From an uncultured Arcobacter sp. (GTDB lineage Bacteria > Campylobacterota > Campylobacteria > Campylobacterales > Arcobacteraceae): a DNA stretch of 64,000 nucleotides. Every line of letters begins with the position of its first letter. Position 1 is the stretch's first letter. Under the pieces are notes generated by a model. The model did not search any database, was not told where the DNA came from, and saw only the letters and a list, made by a program, of their open reading frames with translations. A program made the translations under genes and the position numbers. Below are positions 10,060-19,585 of the stretch, piece after piece. The stretch is taken from NCBI GenBank assembly GCA_965140705.1, contig OZ223300.1, forward strand, positions 1,120,001 to 1,184,000, written 5' to 3'.

Positions 10060-10092
10060 ATATAAAATGTATTATTAATAAGGTAGTTAGGT
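10060..10092 (+). other. Candidate integron attI/core site (GTTAGGT at 10086-10092)
   Basis: GTTRRRY core ending 10 nt before the ATG at 10103; matches 6/7 to the reverse complement of the first cassette's R'' (ATCTAAC). No attC-like hairpin upstream of it. Confidence 0.45.
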
Positions 10093-10102
10093 AAAAGTTA
10101 AT

Positions 10103-10465
10103 ATGAATAAAAAGCCAACATATATTCCAATAATTCTTTCATCATATATACGTCTTCATTATGTAACAAATGATATTTTAGAAAACTTAAAGAAACAGAA
10201 GCTTGATATAGTTATAGAGAATAATTACTACTGTGTTAAATATGATAATACTGTTAATGATCATTTTAAAAATATTAATCTTATTGAAACATTAATGAAA
10301 CTAAATGATATTGGTATATTATTTGGAGAAGATTATAAACAGCACTATTCTCCAGCTGAATTTATGAGAGAATTAAAAAGACAGTATATTTTGAGAAAAA
10401 GTTTTAAAAGTATTGGTTTTAATTTTAAAAAAAAAGGTGATTGGATTATTCATGAAAATATCTAA
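10103..10465 (+). CDS. Hypothetical protein, putative integron gene cassette 1
   Basis: 120 aa ORF bounded by GTTAGGT and an attC-like site; its TAA stop lies inside ATCTAAC. Confidence 0.7.
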   Translation: MNKKPTYIPIILSSYIRLHYVTNDILENLKKQKLDIVIENNYYCVKYDNTVNDHFKNINLIETLMKLNDIGILFGEDYKQHYSPAEFMRELKRQYILRKSFKSIGFNFKKKGDWIIHENI

Positions 10466-10593
10466 CAATACGTTGGAAAGAAAAACAAGGTTAGACTGCG
10501 ATTCTTTAAGTTTTTGTCTTATAAAGTTGCTTAGATAAAGTTTTAAATATCAAAGTGTAGATAGCATCTTGTTTTTTAACTTATGTGACATAC
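10460..10593 (+). other. Degenerate attC site (134 bp)
   Basis: R'' ATCTAAC, 5-nt spacer, L'' GTTG(G)A, AAAAACAAG pairing with CTTGTTTTT (10568-10576), L' TTAAC, 6-nt spacer, decayed R' GACATAC. Confidence 0.55.
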
Positions 10594-10609
10594 TTAAAAG
10601 GTACTAAAC

Positions 10610-11146
10610 ATGAAAATAATACTAATACAAATAATTTTATCAATCTTTTTATTTGCAGATATGAACAATCTAAGCCTTACAAATGAAGGATGTTTATTAT
10701 TAAGCAAAAAAGATTATAAAAATGCAAAAATAAAATTTGAAGAAGCTACATTAAACAAAGAATGTAAAGGGATGTTCAATTTGGCTCTAATGTATATTAA
10801 TGCTGATGGTGTAAAACAAAACTATAAAGAAGCTATGAAGTATTTTAAGGAATCATTAAAATACAATTGTTTAAATAGTGCTTATGATATTGGAGCAATG
10901 TATAGAAATGGTGAAGGTGTAGTTAAAAATATAAATAAAGCTAAAGAATATTATTTGATTGCTGCAAATAATAATTATGCCTTAGCGCAATTTGAATTAG
11001 GAAAAATATATGGAAGTGAAAATAATATAGAAAAGTTTATCTTTTGGACAAATAAAGCATTAGAAAATGGTTATAAACCAAGAACTGATAATGATAAAAA
11101 AATTATTGAATATTTAAATAGTATAACAAATCATTGGAGCCAATAA
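10610..11146 (+). CDS. Secreted Sel1-repeat protein, putative integron gene cassette 2
   Basis: Signal peptide and Sel1 repeats (GMFNLALMYINADGV, SAYDIGAMYRNGEGV, AQFELGKIY); ORF ends inside an attC-like site. Confidence 0.85.
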   Translation: MKIILIQIILSIFLFADMNNLSLTNEGCLLLSKKDYKNAKIKFEEATLNKECKGMFNLALMYINADGVKQNYKEAMKYFKESLKYNCLNSAYDIGAMYRNGEGVVKNINKAKEYYLIAANNNYALAQFELGKIYGSENNIEKFIFWTNKALENGYKPRTDNDKKIIEYLNSITNHWSQ

Positions 11147-11188
11147 ATTACCTTCAGGCAATTTATTGGCCTATTTTAAATGTTAATC
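11121..11188 (+). other. attC site (68 bp)
   Basis: R'' GTATAAC, AAATC spacer, L'' ATTGGAGC, stem GCCAATAAATT/AATTTATTGGC, spacer, R' GTTAATC. Confidence 0.7.
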
Positions 11189-11205
11189 AATATAAAACCA
11201 AAAAA

Positions 11206-11991
11206 CTATATCTCCATCTCTAAAGCAATAGGACAATGATCACTTCCCATAATATCACTCATAATATAAGCATTTGAAATATGCTCTTTTAAGTCTTCAC
11301 TCACATAAAAATAATCAATTCTCCAGCCAACATTATTTGCTCTTGCATTTGCTCTGTAAGACCACCAGCTGTAATTATCTGGTTCATCACCAATAACATG
11401 TCTTAGAGTATCTATATATCCGTGAGATAAGAACTTATCTATCCATTCTCTTTCCATAGGTAAGAAACCTGAGGTACCTTCATTTGCTTTTGGTCTTGCT
11501 AAGTCTATCTCTTTGTGAGCTGTATTTACATCACCACATACTATTATTGATTTACCTTGTTTTTTTAAAGACTCACAATGATCTAAAAATCTATCGTAAA
11601 ACTCCATTTTATATACAAGTCGCTCTTCTTTACTCTGACCATTTGGAAAATATACATTAAAAAATGCAATATCTTTATTTCCAAGTGTAAAGTGAACTTC
11701 GTTGATTCTTCCTTCATCTAAAATATCAACAGTAGGGCAAGTACATTCGAATGTTATGTCCAAGTCAGTAAATAGGGCAGTTCCAGAACGCCCTTTTATA
11801 GCTGATTCACTAGCTGTTACATTTTTGAAGTTTTTTTCAAAAATGCTTTCTGGGATTTGTGTTTTCATTGATTTTGTTTCTTGAACTCCAAGAAGATGAA
11901 TATCTTGTTCATCTACCCATTTAAGTGCTTCTTTTTTATCAACTGCTCTGATACCATTTACATTCCATGATACAAATTTATATTTATTCAT
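11206..11991 (-). CDS. xth: Exodeoxyribonuclease III (AP endonuclease)
   Basis: SWNVNGIRA, QETK, NVYFPNG, GDVNTAH, WRIDYF, SDHCP. Confidence 0.95.
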   Translation of the reverse strand: MNKYKFVSWNVNGIRAVDKKEALKWVDEQDIHLLGVQETKSMKTQIPESIFEKNFKNVTASESAIKGRSGTALFTDLDITFECTCPTVDILDEGRINEVHFTLGNKDIAFFNVYFPNGQSKEERLVYKMEFYDRFLDHCESLKKQGKSIIVCGDVNTAHKEIDLARPKANEGTSGFLPMEREWIDKFLSHGYIDTLRHVIGDEPDNYSWWSYRANARANNVGWRIDYFYVSEDLKEHISNAYIMSDIMGSDHCPIALEMEI

Positions 11992-12008
11992 TTAAAACCT
12001 TATAATAT

Positions 12009-12581
12009 TTATTTTCTTAGTGAGTTTATATAAAAGATAAGTTGGTTTATGGTGTTTTCAAAATCTTTTATATCTTTGCTTTTTTTAGCTATAAGAAGAG
12101 CACCTTCAATTGAGGCTATTAAAAATGTTGCCACTTTTTCTACTTCAATATTGGCATTAAGCTCTTGTTTTTCAATAGCTCTATTTAAGATATTAGAAAA
12201 CTGTATTTTCCAGTTTTCAAATATAGTATTTAATGCTTTTGCAAAGTCTTCGTCATAATCAAGACTCTCTTGTAGTAAGTTTCCTAAAGGACAACCATCT
12301 TTTAAGTTCCATGAATTTGGATCAATTAAAATAGAGATAAAACTATCTATTATATTGTCTTCACAAGATAATAGATTTTCCCATTTCTTCTCTATTCTTT
12401 TTCCTATTTTCTCTTCAATCATAGTTATAACCATATCTTTTTTAGAAGGGAAATAATGGTACATAGAACCTTTTTTAGTATCAGCCTTTTTTAAAATATT
12501 TGCTTGCGAAGCACCTTTAAAACCATTTGAATAGACTTCTTGAAATGTGGCTTCAATAAGTCTTGTTCGAATATCTTGCAT
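12009..12581 (-). CDS. TetR/AcrR family regulator (LmrA/YxaF/NemR-like)
   Basis: HTH KGSMYHYFPSK, GCPLGN, IEGAL. Confidence 0.9.
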   Translation of the reverse strand: MQDIRTRLIEATFQEVYSNGFKGASQANILKKADTKKGSMYHYFPSKKDMVITMIEEKIGKRIEKKWENLLSCEDNIIDSFISILIDPNSWNLKDGCPLGNLLQESLDYDEDFAKALNTIFENWKIQFSNILNRAIEKQELNANIEVEKVATFLIASIEGALLIAKKSKDIKDFENTINQLIFYINSLRK

Positions 12582-12590
12582 ATTACTCTC

Positions 12591-13244
12591 TTAAGAATTT
12601 TTTCTTATTGTATCTAATATTGTTTTAGGTTCACATCTCTTAGTATAGTCTTCATCTATAAATGAAAAAATAATGTCTTTATCTTTATTTATAATATAAG
12701 TTGCTGGCATAGGTAGTTCATATGTTTCATTACCATTTGAGTCTGGAATATTTATTCCAAAATTTTGATATATAGGTTTTAACTCTTCATCTAAATTAAA
12801 TACAAGTCCATACTCCTTTATAACTTTTGAATTAACATCACTTAATACTTCAAATTTTAATTCATTCTTCTCTTTAGTACTTAGACTTAAGTCTGGTACT
12901 TGTGGAGATATTGCTACAATTTTTGTGTTTAATTTTGATAATTCGTCATTTATTCCTTGTAAGGCTTTTAATTCTAAATTACAATATGGACACCAAGTTC
13001 CTCTATAAAAATTTAATACAATAAATGCATTATCTTTTAGTAATTCATCTAATGATATATTTTTATTTAAGGCATTTGGTAAATTAAAGGTTTTAGCTTT
13101 ATCACCAACTTTTATTGCATTTTGGCTTAATTTCTTATTTTCAAGTCTTTTTGTAGCCATTATCATTATTTCTTGTAGGTTTTTTGGAACTCTTTGTCTA
13201 AAAGCTTCTTGGTATTTTTTTATTTCATCTATTAATCTTGACAT
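12591..13244 (-). CDS. Peroxiredoxin-like AhpC/TSA family protein
   Basis: FYRGTWCPYCNLEL, AISPQ, LPMPATYII. Start moved to the ATG at 13244 (MSRL), which follows an AAAGGA RBS. Confidence 0.85.
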   Translation of the reverse strand: MSRLIDEIKKYQEAFRQRVPKNLQEIMIMATKRLENKKLSQNAIKVGDKAKTFNLPNALNKNISLDELLKDNAFIVLNFYRGTWCPYCNLELKALQGINDELSKLNTKIVAISPQVPDLSLSTKEKNELKFEVLSDVNSKVIKEYGLVFNLDEELKPIYQNFGINIPDSNGNETYELPMPATYIINKDKDIIFSFIDEDYTKRCEPKTILDTIRKNS

Positions 13245-13261
13245 ATTAATCCTTTTGTTTA

Positions 13262-13279
13262 AAACCAACCAGTTGGTTT
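13262..13279. promoter_or_regulatory. Palindrome AAACCAAC-CA-GTTGGTTT, probable TetR operator
   Basis: 8-bp perfect inverted repeat directly upstream of the peroxiredoxin-tetR operon. Confidence 0.6.
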
Positions 13280-13349
13280 GCTTGAAATATTAACAAAAGC
13301 AAAGAACTTTGTCAAGTATTTTTAAAAATTGAATATGGGATTAAAATAG

Positions 13350-13383
13350 AGCAAATATACATTTATGAAAATGTATATTTGCT
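13350..13383 (-). terminator. Stem-loop downstream of 13393..14058
   Basis: AGCAAATATACATTT / AAATGTATATTTGCT 15-bp inverted repeat about 10 nt after the stop. Confidence 0.6.
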
Positions 13384-13392
13384 AAGAGAGTA

Positions 13393-14058
13393 TTATCGTT
13401 TGTTAATAATATCTTTTTTAATTGTGTCCATTATAGTTTTGGGTTCACATCTTTTTCTATGGTTTGCATCAATAAAAGAATAGATTATTTCGTAGTTTTT
13501 ATTTACAATATAAGTTCCTGGAAGTGGTAAATCATATGTACCATTTCTATTCGCTTCTAATATATCTATTTTTTGTTTCTCATATATAGCAATCACTTCT
13601 TTATTCAAAGTATAATTTATACCAAACTCTTTTGCTATAGTATTATTTTTATCATATAGAATATCAAAACTGAAAGAGTGTTTTTCTCTTAAGTACGAAG
13701 ATTTGTCTTGTGTTTGAGGGCAAAGTGTGATTAATGAAGCGTTTAAAATTTTCAATTGTGAAACAATTTTTTGTAGGGCAAGCAATTCTAAAATTGCATA
13801 TGGGGACCAAGAACCTTCAAAAAAACATAATACTGTGTATTTATTTTTCTCAACAATATCTTTTATGTTGATAACTTTTCTGTCTTGATTAGAAAGAGAA
13901 AATTCTGGAATTTTATTTCCTACTTTTAAAGCTTTGTTAAAACAGTCTGATTCTTCTAAATTCTTAATAGCATTATTTAAAGTATCTTGAGTCTCTTTTG
14001 GGACTCTTCCTTGAAATTCTACTAAATAATCTTCTATATCTTTTTCTAGCGTAGGCAT
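13393..14058 (-). CDS. Peroxiredoxin-like AhpC/TSA paralogue lacking CxxC
   Basis: Colinear with the neighbouring gene but has WSPYA where the neighbour has WCPYC. Confidence 0.8.
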   Translation of the reverse strand: MPTLEKDIEDYLVEFQGRVPKETQDTLNNAIKNLEESDCFNKALKVGNKIPEFSLSNQDRKVINIKDIVEKNKYTVLCFFEGSWSPYAILELLALQKIVSQLKILNASLITLCPQTQDKSSYLREKHSFSFDILYDKNNTIAKEFGINYTLNKEVIAIYEKQKIDILEANRNGTYDLPLPGTYIVNKNYEIIYSFIDANHRKRCEPKTIMDTIKKDIINKR

Positions 14059-14192
14059 ATAAGCTCCTTATGTGAAAAGAATATCTCTTTTTTTCACAAC
14101 AAATTATTAAATATCTTGTCAGCATTATAAAGAAAGGAAACTTTAACTTTATTTTATTATAGTACAAATTTACAATATTTTAAGGAATTCTT

Positions 14193-14909
14193 TTGAGTCA
14201 AGAAATTATTTTAGGGCTAATCACCTTTCTTACATCAACAATCGCAGGTATTGTTGGACTTGGTGGAGGTATGATTTTAATTGCTGTTTTACCTTCTTTT
14301 CTCCCACTAAATGCAATAATCCCAGTACATGGTATAAGTCAAATGTCAAGTAATTTAAGTAGAGCAGCCTTTGGGTATAAAGATGTAAAGTTTGAAGTAA
14401 TACCCAAATTCTTATTGGGTTCGATTATAGGAATAAGTTTTTTTGCTTCAATTTTATATATTATTTCTTTAGAATATGTGCCTTTATTTATTGGGACTTA
14501 TATTTTACTTTCCCTTTGGAGTAAAAAATTCAACGAAAAGTTGAGAAAATATGAAAACTATTATTTAGTTGGATTTTTCCAAACAGGTCTTTCGATAGTT
14601 GTAGGGGCAACTGGTCCACTTACTATGACTCTTTTGTTAAAAGATTATGAAGATAAAGATATTGTAGTAGCAACGGCTGCTGCTTTGATGAGTATTACTC
14701 ATATCTTAAAAGTATTTGCTTTTATGATTTTTGGATTTGTATTTTTTGATTATATTGGAATCTTGTTTGCAATGATTATAGGTGCTATTATTGGAAGTTG
14801 GACTGGAACAAAACTTAGAAATGTAATTAATGGTAAAAAGTTTATTATGATACTAAAAGTTTTATTATCTCTTTTAGCTATAAAAGTAATGATAAGTGCA
14901 TTTATTTAA
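14193..14909 (+). CDS. Sulfite exporter TauE/SafE family
   Basis: GIVGLGGG motif, multiple TM segments, VGATGP; TTG start after AAGGA. Confidence 0.8.
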   Translation: MSQEIILGLITFLTSTIAGIVGLGGGMILIAVLPSFLPLNAIIPVHGISQMSSNLSRAAFGYKDVKFEVIPKFLLGSIIGISFFASILYIISLEYVPLFIGTYILLSLWSKKFNEKLRKYENYYLVGFFQTGLSIVVGATGPLTMTLLLKDYEDKDIVVATAAALMSITHILKVFAFMIFGFVFFDYIGILFAMIIGAIIGSWTGTKLRNVINGKKFIMILKVLLSLLAIKVMISAFI

Positions 14910-14919
14910 ATTAATGCAC

Positions 14920-15192
14920 TTATAAACCTAAATCTTCTAATTCTCCTAAATTTTTCTCTTCATCTTTTTCTGTAGGTGTTTCTTTACTTACTTTGAACTT
15001 CTTATTTTCTTTTTCTATTCCTATATTATTTAGATTATTTGAATTCATATTTGAAAGGGATTTTTTATTGCCAGTCAATGAATCACTATTCCCACCATGC
15101 ATATCTATTTTTTTAGAGTTTGAGTCAGTATAAGCATAATTAGCAAATAAGTTAGTTAGAAAAAAAATTGCAAGTATTAAAATGATTTTCAT
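14920..15192 (-). CDS. Small secreted hypothetical protein
   Basis: MKIILILAIFFLTNLFA signal peptide after an AAAGGA RBS; IDMHGG motif. Confidence 0.6.
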   Translation of the reverse strand: MKIILILAIFFLTNLFANYAYTDSNSKKIDMHGGNSDSLTGNKKSLSNMNSNNLNNIGIEKENKKFKVSKETPTEKDEEKNLGELEDLGL

Positions 15193-15202
15193 AAGTTTTC
15201 CT

Positions 15203-16117
15203 TTAAATAAAATAATGTAAAACAAAAAGTATACATATCATTGAAATAAGTGTTTGAACTGTAATGATTGATGACATTAAGCCCACATCACCACCTAGTT
15301 GTCTAGCTAAAATAAAAGATGAAGGTGCAGTTGGTAAAACACCAAATAAAACTAAAATTGAAAGCATCATTCCCTCTATTCCAAATATTTTACCAAAGGT
15401 AAAAATTAAAATTGGGAAAATTAGGTGTTTTCCTATTATTGCAATAATTACTTCACTTTTTGAAGATTTAATCTCTCTTATTACAAGTCCAAAACCTACA
15501 GATAAAAGTCCCATTGGAAGTGCAGCATGACTTAGTATTTCTAGAGTGTTATTTAAAACAAGTGGCAGATGAATCCCTAGAAAATTTATACCTCCACCAA
15601 TAATACAAGCGACAATTAGTGGGTTTTTGAAAATAGATTTTAACAAATAAATAAAATCCAATTTATCATTTGAAACATAAAGTGCAAATATTGTTATACA
15701 TAAAATATTTATAAATGGAATTGCAAAAGTAAGTATAATTGCAGATAATACTAAGCCTTCATTCCCAAAAATAGAACCAGATAAAGCCAAAAAAACATAA
15801 GTATTAAATCTTATAGAACCTTGTACAATAGAAGTAAAAGCACTAGGTGTTGTTGGTTTGATTTTATTTAAAATAATAAGTATAAGCATTGTTATAAATA
15901 TTGCCAAAAGAGCAGAACCCACAAATTCTAAACTATTATCAGAGTTTAAAGAAGCCGTTGAAAGTTTATAAATTAAAAGTGAAGGCATCAATATATAATA
16001 AGTTAGCTTATCTGCTTGTGGCCAAAACTCATGTGAAGGGAATTTTATTCTTTTAAAAAAATATCCTATTAAAATAAGACTAAATACAGGAATTAGCGCT
16101 GAAAATATATGTATCAT
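15203..16117 (-). CDS. AEC (auxin efflux carrier) family transporter
   Basis: About 10 TM segments, RFNTY, KNPLI, PTAPSSFILARQLGGD. Confidence 0.85.
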   Translation of the reverse strand: MIHIFSALIPVFSLILIGYFFKRIKFPSHEFWPQADKLTYYILMPSLLIYKLSTASLNSDNSLEFVGSALLAIFITMLILIILNKIKPTTPSAFTSIVQGSIRFNTYVFLALSGSIFGNEGLVLSAIILTFAIPFINILCITIFALYVSNDKLDFIYLLKSIFKNPLIVACIIGGGINFLGIHLPLVLNNTLEILSHAALPMGLLSVGFGLVIREIKSSKSEVIIAIIGKHLIFPILIFTFGKIFGIEGMMLSILVLFGVLPTAPSSFILARQLGGDVGLMSSIITVQTLISMICILFVLHYFI

Positions 16118-16236
16118 AAAAGTTCTTTCTATTTAATATTGTATGGAATATTATCATATTAACCATAAATTATAAAGAAACCCACTTTTAAGACTCTCAG
16201 AGATGATAAAATTTTTTTTTGCAAAAGGAGAACATA

Positions 16237-17673
16237 ATGTTAGCAGAAATAAATACATTCCTAAATGACCTTATTTGGGGATCGATTTTAATTTACGTAC
16301 TACCTATTCTTGGTATCTTTTTCACAGTAAGTTCTAGATTCGTACAATTTAGATACTTCTTTAAGATGTTTCACATTTTAAGAGAAACAGCTCATGATAA
16401 AGATGGACATATTAGTTCATTTCAAGCTTTAATGCTAAGTGTTGCTGGTCGTGTTGGTGGTGGAAACATCGCTGGAGTTGCAGTTGCAATTACACTAGGT
16501 GGAGCTGGTTCTGTATTTTGGATGTGGGTTATTGGACTTGTAGGAATGGCAACAAGTTTCTTTGAGTGTTCATTGGCACAACTTTATAAAGAAAAAGATG
16601 GTATAGATTCTGGGGTATATAGAGGGGGACCTGCATATTATGCTACAAAAGCCTTAGGTCAAAGATGGTTAGGTGTTATTATTTCTATTTTATTAATGAT
16701 TACATTTGGTTTTGCATTTAATGCAACTCAATCATTTATTATCTCAACTTCATTTGAAGCAACATTTGATATTCCTACTTGGATTTCAGGAATTGTTTTA
16801 ACAGTTGTTTTTGGACTTACAATTTTTGGTGGAGTAAAAAGAATTGCTAGAATGTCAGAAGTCATTGTTCCTATTATGGCAGGAAGTTATTTACTTATCG
16901 CTTTAGTAGTTATTATTTTAAATATAGGTGAAATACCAGGTTTAATCAATATGATTATAACAGAAGCATTTAACCCAAGCTCTGCAATTGGTGGTGGTAT
17001 TGGTGCTGTTATTTTACAAGGTGCAAAAAGAGGAATGTTCTCAAATGAAGCTGGTCTAGGTTCTGCTCCAAATGTTGCTGCAGTTGCTTATGTTGGACAT
17101 CCTGTTCAACAAGGTATTGTACAATCATTTTCTGTATTTATTGATACAATTATTTTATGTTCTTGTACAGCATTTATTATTCTTTTATCAGGTGTTTACA
17201 CTCCAGGTGCCCAAGGTGTTCAAGGTGTTTTATTAACTCAAAATGCATTAATCGAACAAGTAGGACCATTAGGTGGTTACTTTGTTACAATTGCCTTATT
17301 CTTATTTGGATTTTCTTCAATGATTTATAACTATTATTTAGCTGAAAATAGTTTAAACTTCTTTAGTAAAGGAAATAAAACTGCTTTTAATATCTTTAAA
17401 GTTATTTGTATCTCTTTAATTATTTGGGGATCATTTCAAGATTTAGGTTCAATTTTCTCATTTGCTGATTTATCAATGGGATTATTAGCAGTTATTAATA
17501 TGACTGTAATTGCATTATTATATAAACCTGTTTTACAATTAATCAAAGGTTATGAAAGACAAGTAAAAGAAGGGAAAGTTCCTGTTCTTAGATATAATGA
17601 TTACAATGAATTTAAAATCGATAAAGCTATTTGGAAAGAGATTGTTGATAATATAAACGATAAAAAATCATAA
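16237..17673 (+). CDS. Alanine/glycine:cation symporter (AGCS family)
   Basis: GRVGGGNIAGVA, FWMW, RGGPAYY, FSNEAGLGS; ATG at 16237 after AAGGAG. Confidence 0.92.
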   Translation: MLAEINTFLNDLIWGSILIYVLPILGIFFTVSSRFVQFRYFFKMFHILRETAHDKDGHISSFQALMLSVAGRVGGGNIAGVAVAITLGGAGSVFWMWVIGLVGMATSFFECSLAQLYKEKDGIDSGVYRGGPAYYATKALGQRWLGVIISILLMITFGFAFNATQSFIISTSFEATFDIPTWISGIVLTVVFGLTIFGGVKRIARMSEVIVPIMAGSYLLIALVVIILNIGEIPGLINMIITEAFNPSSAIGGGIGAVILQGAKRGMFSNEAGLGSAPNVAAVAYVGHPVQQGIVQSFSVFIDTIILCSCTAFIILLSGVYTPGAQGVQGVLLTQNALIEQVGPLGGYFVTIALFLFGFSSMIYNYYLAENSLNFFSKGNKTAFNIFKVICISLIIWGSFQDLGSIFSFADLSMGLLAVINMTVIALLYKPVLQLIKGYERQVKEGKVPVLRYNDYNEFKIDKAIWKEIVDNINDKKS

Positions 17674-17678
17674 AAAAC

Positions 17679-17710
17679 AAGTGTGAGTTAATTCTCACAC
17701 TTCTTTTTTC
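17679..17710 (+). terminator. Rho-independent terminator
   Basis: AAGTGTGAG-ttaatt-CTCACACTT followed by a T-tract. Confidence 0.8.
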
Positions 17711-17721
17711 AAGGAAAACAA

Positions 17722-18846
17722 GTGTTTAATAAAGATGGGATTCCATTTTTTATAATAATGATACCTTTTTTATGTATCATTTTTTGCGCATTTTTTATTA
17801 GTTCATACTATATGAAAGTCTCAGAAAAAAACTTTCAAGACGATGTAAAAATTCTAATTCAAACATACCCAAAAAAATATTTCGATGCCAAAGTAATACA
17901 AGAAGTTATAAAAGACAAAAGAGTAGTTTATGAAAAGAATAAGTCAGATTTTTTATATTTTATAAAAGTTGTGACTTTATGTGTTTTGTTTTTTATGGCT
18001 TTATTTACTTTTCTTATGACTTCTATTGTAAAAGATATTGTTAATAAATACATGAGTAAAGTTGAAAATGAGCAAAACAAGTTAAAAAATCTAAATGAAA
18101 CTTTATCTTCAAAAGTTGCTTTTGGTATAGAAGAGGGAAAAAGAAAAGATAAAGCAATTTTAGAGCAATCAAAACTAGCAAAAGTTGGTTCAATGATTTC
18201 TATGATAGCTCACCAATGGAGACAACCCTTAAGTGAGTTATCAGGTGTTTTGATGGAGTTAGAAACTGCCACAAGATTTAAAAAAGCTGATGAAAAGCAT
18301 ATATTAAACTCTATAGATAGAAGTAATGAGATGATTGAGTTTATGTCAAATACCATAGATGATTTTAGGAATTTTCATAAACCAGATAAGAAAAAAGAGT
18401 ATTTCAATATAAGTGATGCTTGTAAAAAAGCTATAAGTTTAGTGGATGCAACTTTGCATAATCTATCTATAGAATTGATATTTGATATAAAAAAAGATAA
18501 AAAAATATTTGGTTATCCAACAGAATATTCTCAAGTGATTTTAAATCTAATAAGTAATGCAAAAGATATATTAGTAGAAAAACAGATAAAAGAGCCAAAA
18601 ATATATATTACAATTACATCAAAAGGTATGCAAAGTATAGTGACAATAAAAGATAATGCAGGTGGAATAAAAGAGGAAAATCTTGATTTGATTTTTGACC
18701 CTTATTATAGTACAAAAGACTCTTCCAAAGGAACAGGACTTGGACTATATATTTCAAAGTTGATTATTGAGAAAAATATGGGTGGTGAACTCAGTGTTCA
18801 AAATGATAATGAGGGTGCAGTTTTTAAAGTGTTAGTATTAGGATAA
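17722..18846 (+). CDS. Sensor histidine kinase
   Basis: Two TM segments, H-box IAHQWRQPL, DNAGGI, GTGLGLY. Confidence 0.92.
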   Translation: MFNKDGIPFFIIMIPFLCIIFCAFFISSYYMKVSEKNFQDDVKILIQTYPKKYFDAKVIQEVIKDKRVVYEKNKSDFLYFIKVVTLCVLFFMALFTFLMTSIVKDIVNKYMSKVENEQNKLKNLNETLSSKVAFGIEEGKRKDKAILEQSKLAKVGSMISMIAHQWRQPLSELSGVLMELETATRFKKADEKHILNSIDRSNEMIEFMSNTIDDFRNFHKPDKKKEYFNISDACKKAISLVDATLHNLSIELIFDIKKDKKIFGYPTEYSQVILNLISNAKDILVEKQIKEPKIYITITSKGMQSIVTIKDNAGGIKEENLDLIFDPYYSTKDSSKGTGLGLYISKLIIEKNMGGELSVQNDNEGAVFKVLVLG

Positions 18847-18848
18847 AT

Positions 18849-19532
18849 ATGGATAATGAATTATTAAAAGAAAAATTAAAAGATATAAGTATTTTATGTG
18901 TTGAAGATGAAGATGGAATTAGAGAGTTTCTTGTAAGTACTTTGAAGTATTATTTTAAAGAAGTATATGAAGCTAGAAATGGTTTAGAAGCTTTAGAAAT
19001 GTATGAAGAGTATAGACCTAAAATAATTTTAAGTGATATAGAAATGCCAAGAATGAATGGTCTTGAATTTGTGAAAAAAATACGACAAACAGACTTATCA
19101 ACTTCTATTATCATGCTTACAGCTTATTCAAATGAAGAGTATCTTATGAGTTTGATAAACTTAAATATTGATCATTTTATTTTAAAACCTTTAAATTCAA
19201 AAAAACTAAATGAGGCTTTGAGTAAATATATAGAAAGAAATTTCTCAGAGCAAATATCATTAAGTGAGAATTTAAAACTTGACTTATCAAAAAGGGAGTT
19301 GATTTTTGAAGATTCTACAATAATTCCTTTGAGAAAAAGAGAGAATGATTTTTTAAACCTTTTATATAAGAATAAAAATGCGATAACAACATATGAACAA
19401 ATAGAAATGGAGTTATGGCAAGATAAAATTATGACAAGTCATGCTTTGAAGTCTTTTATAAAAGAGCTCAGAAATAAAATTCCAATAAATATTATCAAAA
19501 ATGTTTCACAAGCAGGATATATTTTAGAGTAG
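18849..19532 (+). CDS. OmpR-family response regulator
   Basis: Receiver domain (VEDE, DIEMP, KP) plus winged-helix C-terminus. Confidence 0.92.
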   Translation: MDNELLKEKLKDISILCVEDEDGIREFLVSTLKYYFKEVYEARNGLEALEMYEEYRPKIILSDIEMPRMNGLEFVKKIRQTDLSTSIIMLTAYSNEEYLMSLINLNIDHFILKPLNSKKLNEALSKYIERNFSEQISLSENLKLDLSKRELIFEDSTIIPLRKRENDFLNLLYKNKNAITTYEQIEMELWQDKIMTSHALKSFIKELRNKIPINIIKNVSQAGYILE

Positions 19533-19585
19533 AAATAATAGTTGTAAAATGTTATACTTAATGAAATAACTTAAAAAGATAAATA

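Noticed and set aside
9819..10085. Integron integrase remnant upstream of the candidate attI
   Set aside because: Only very short ORFs and no recognisable tyrosine-recombinase motifs.
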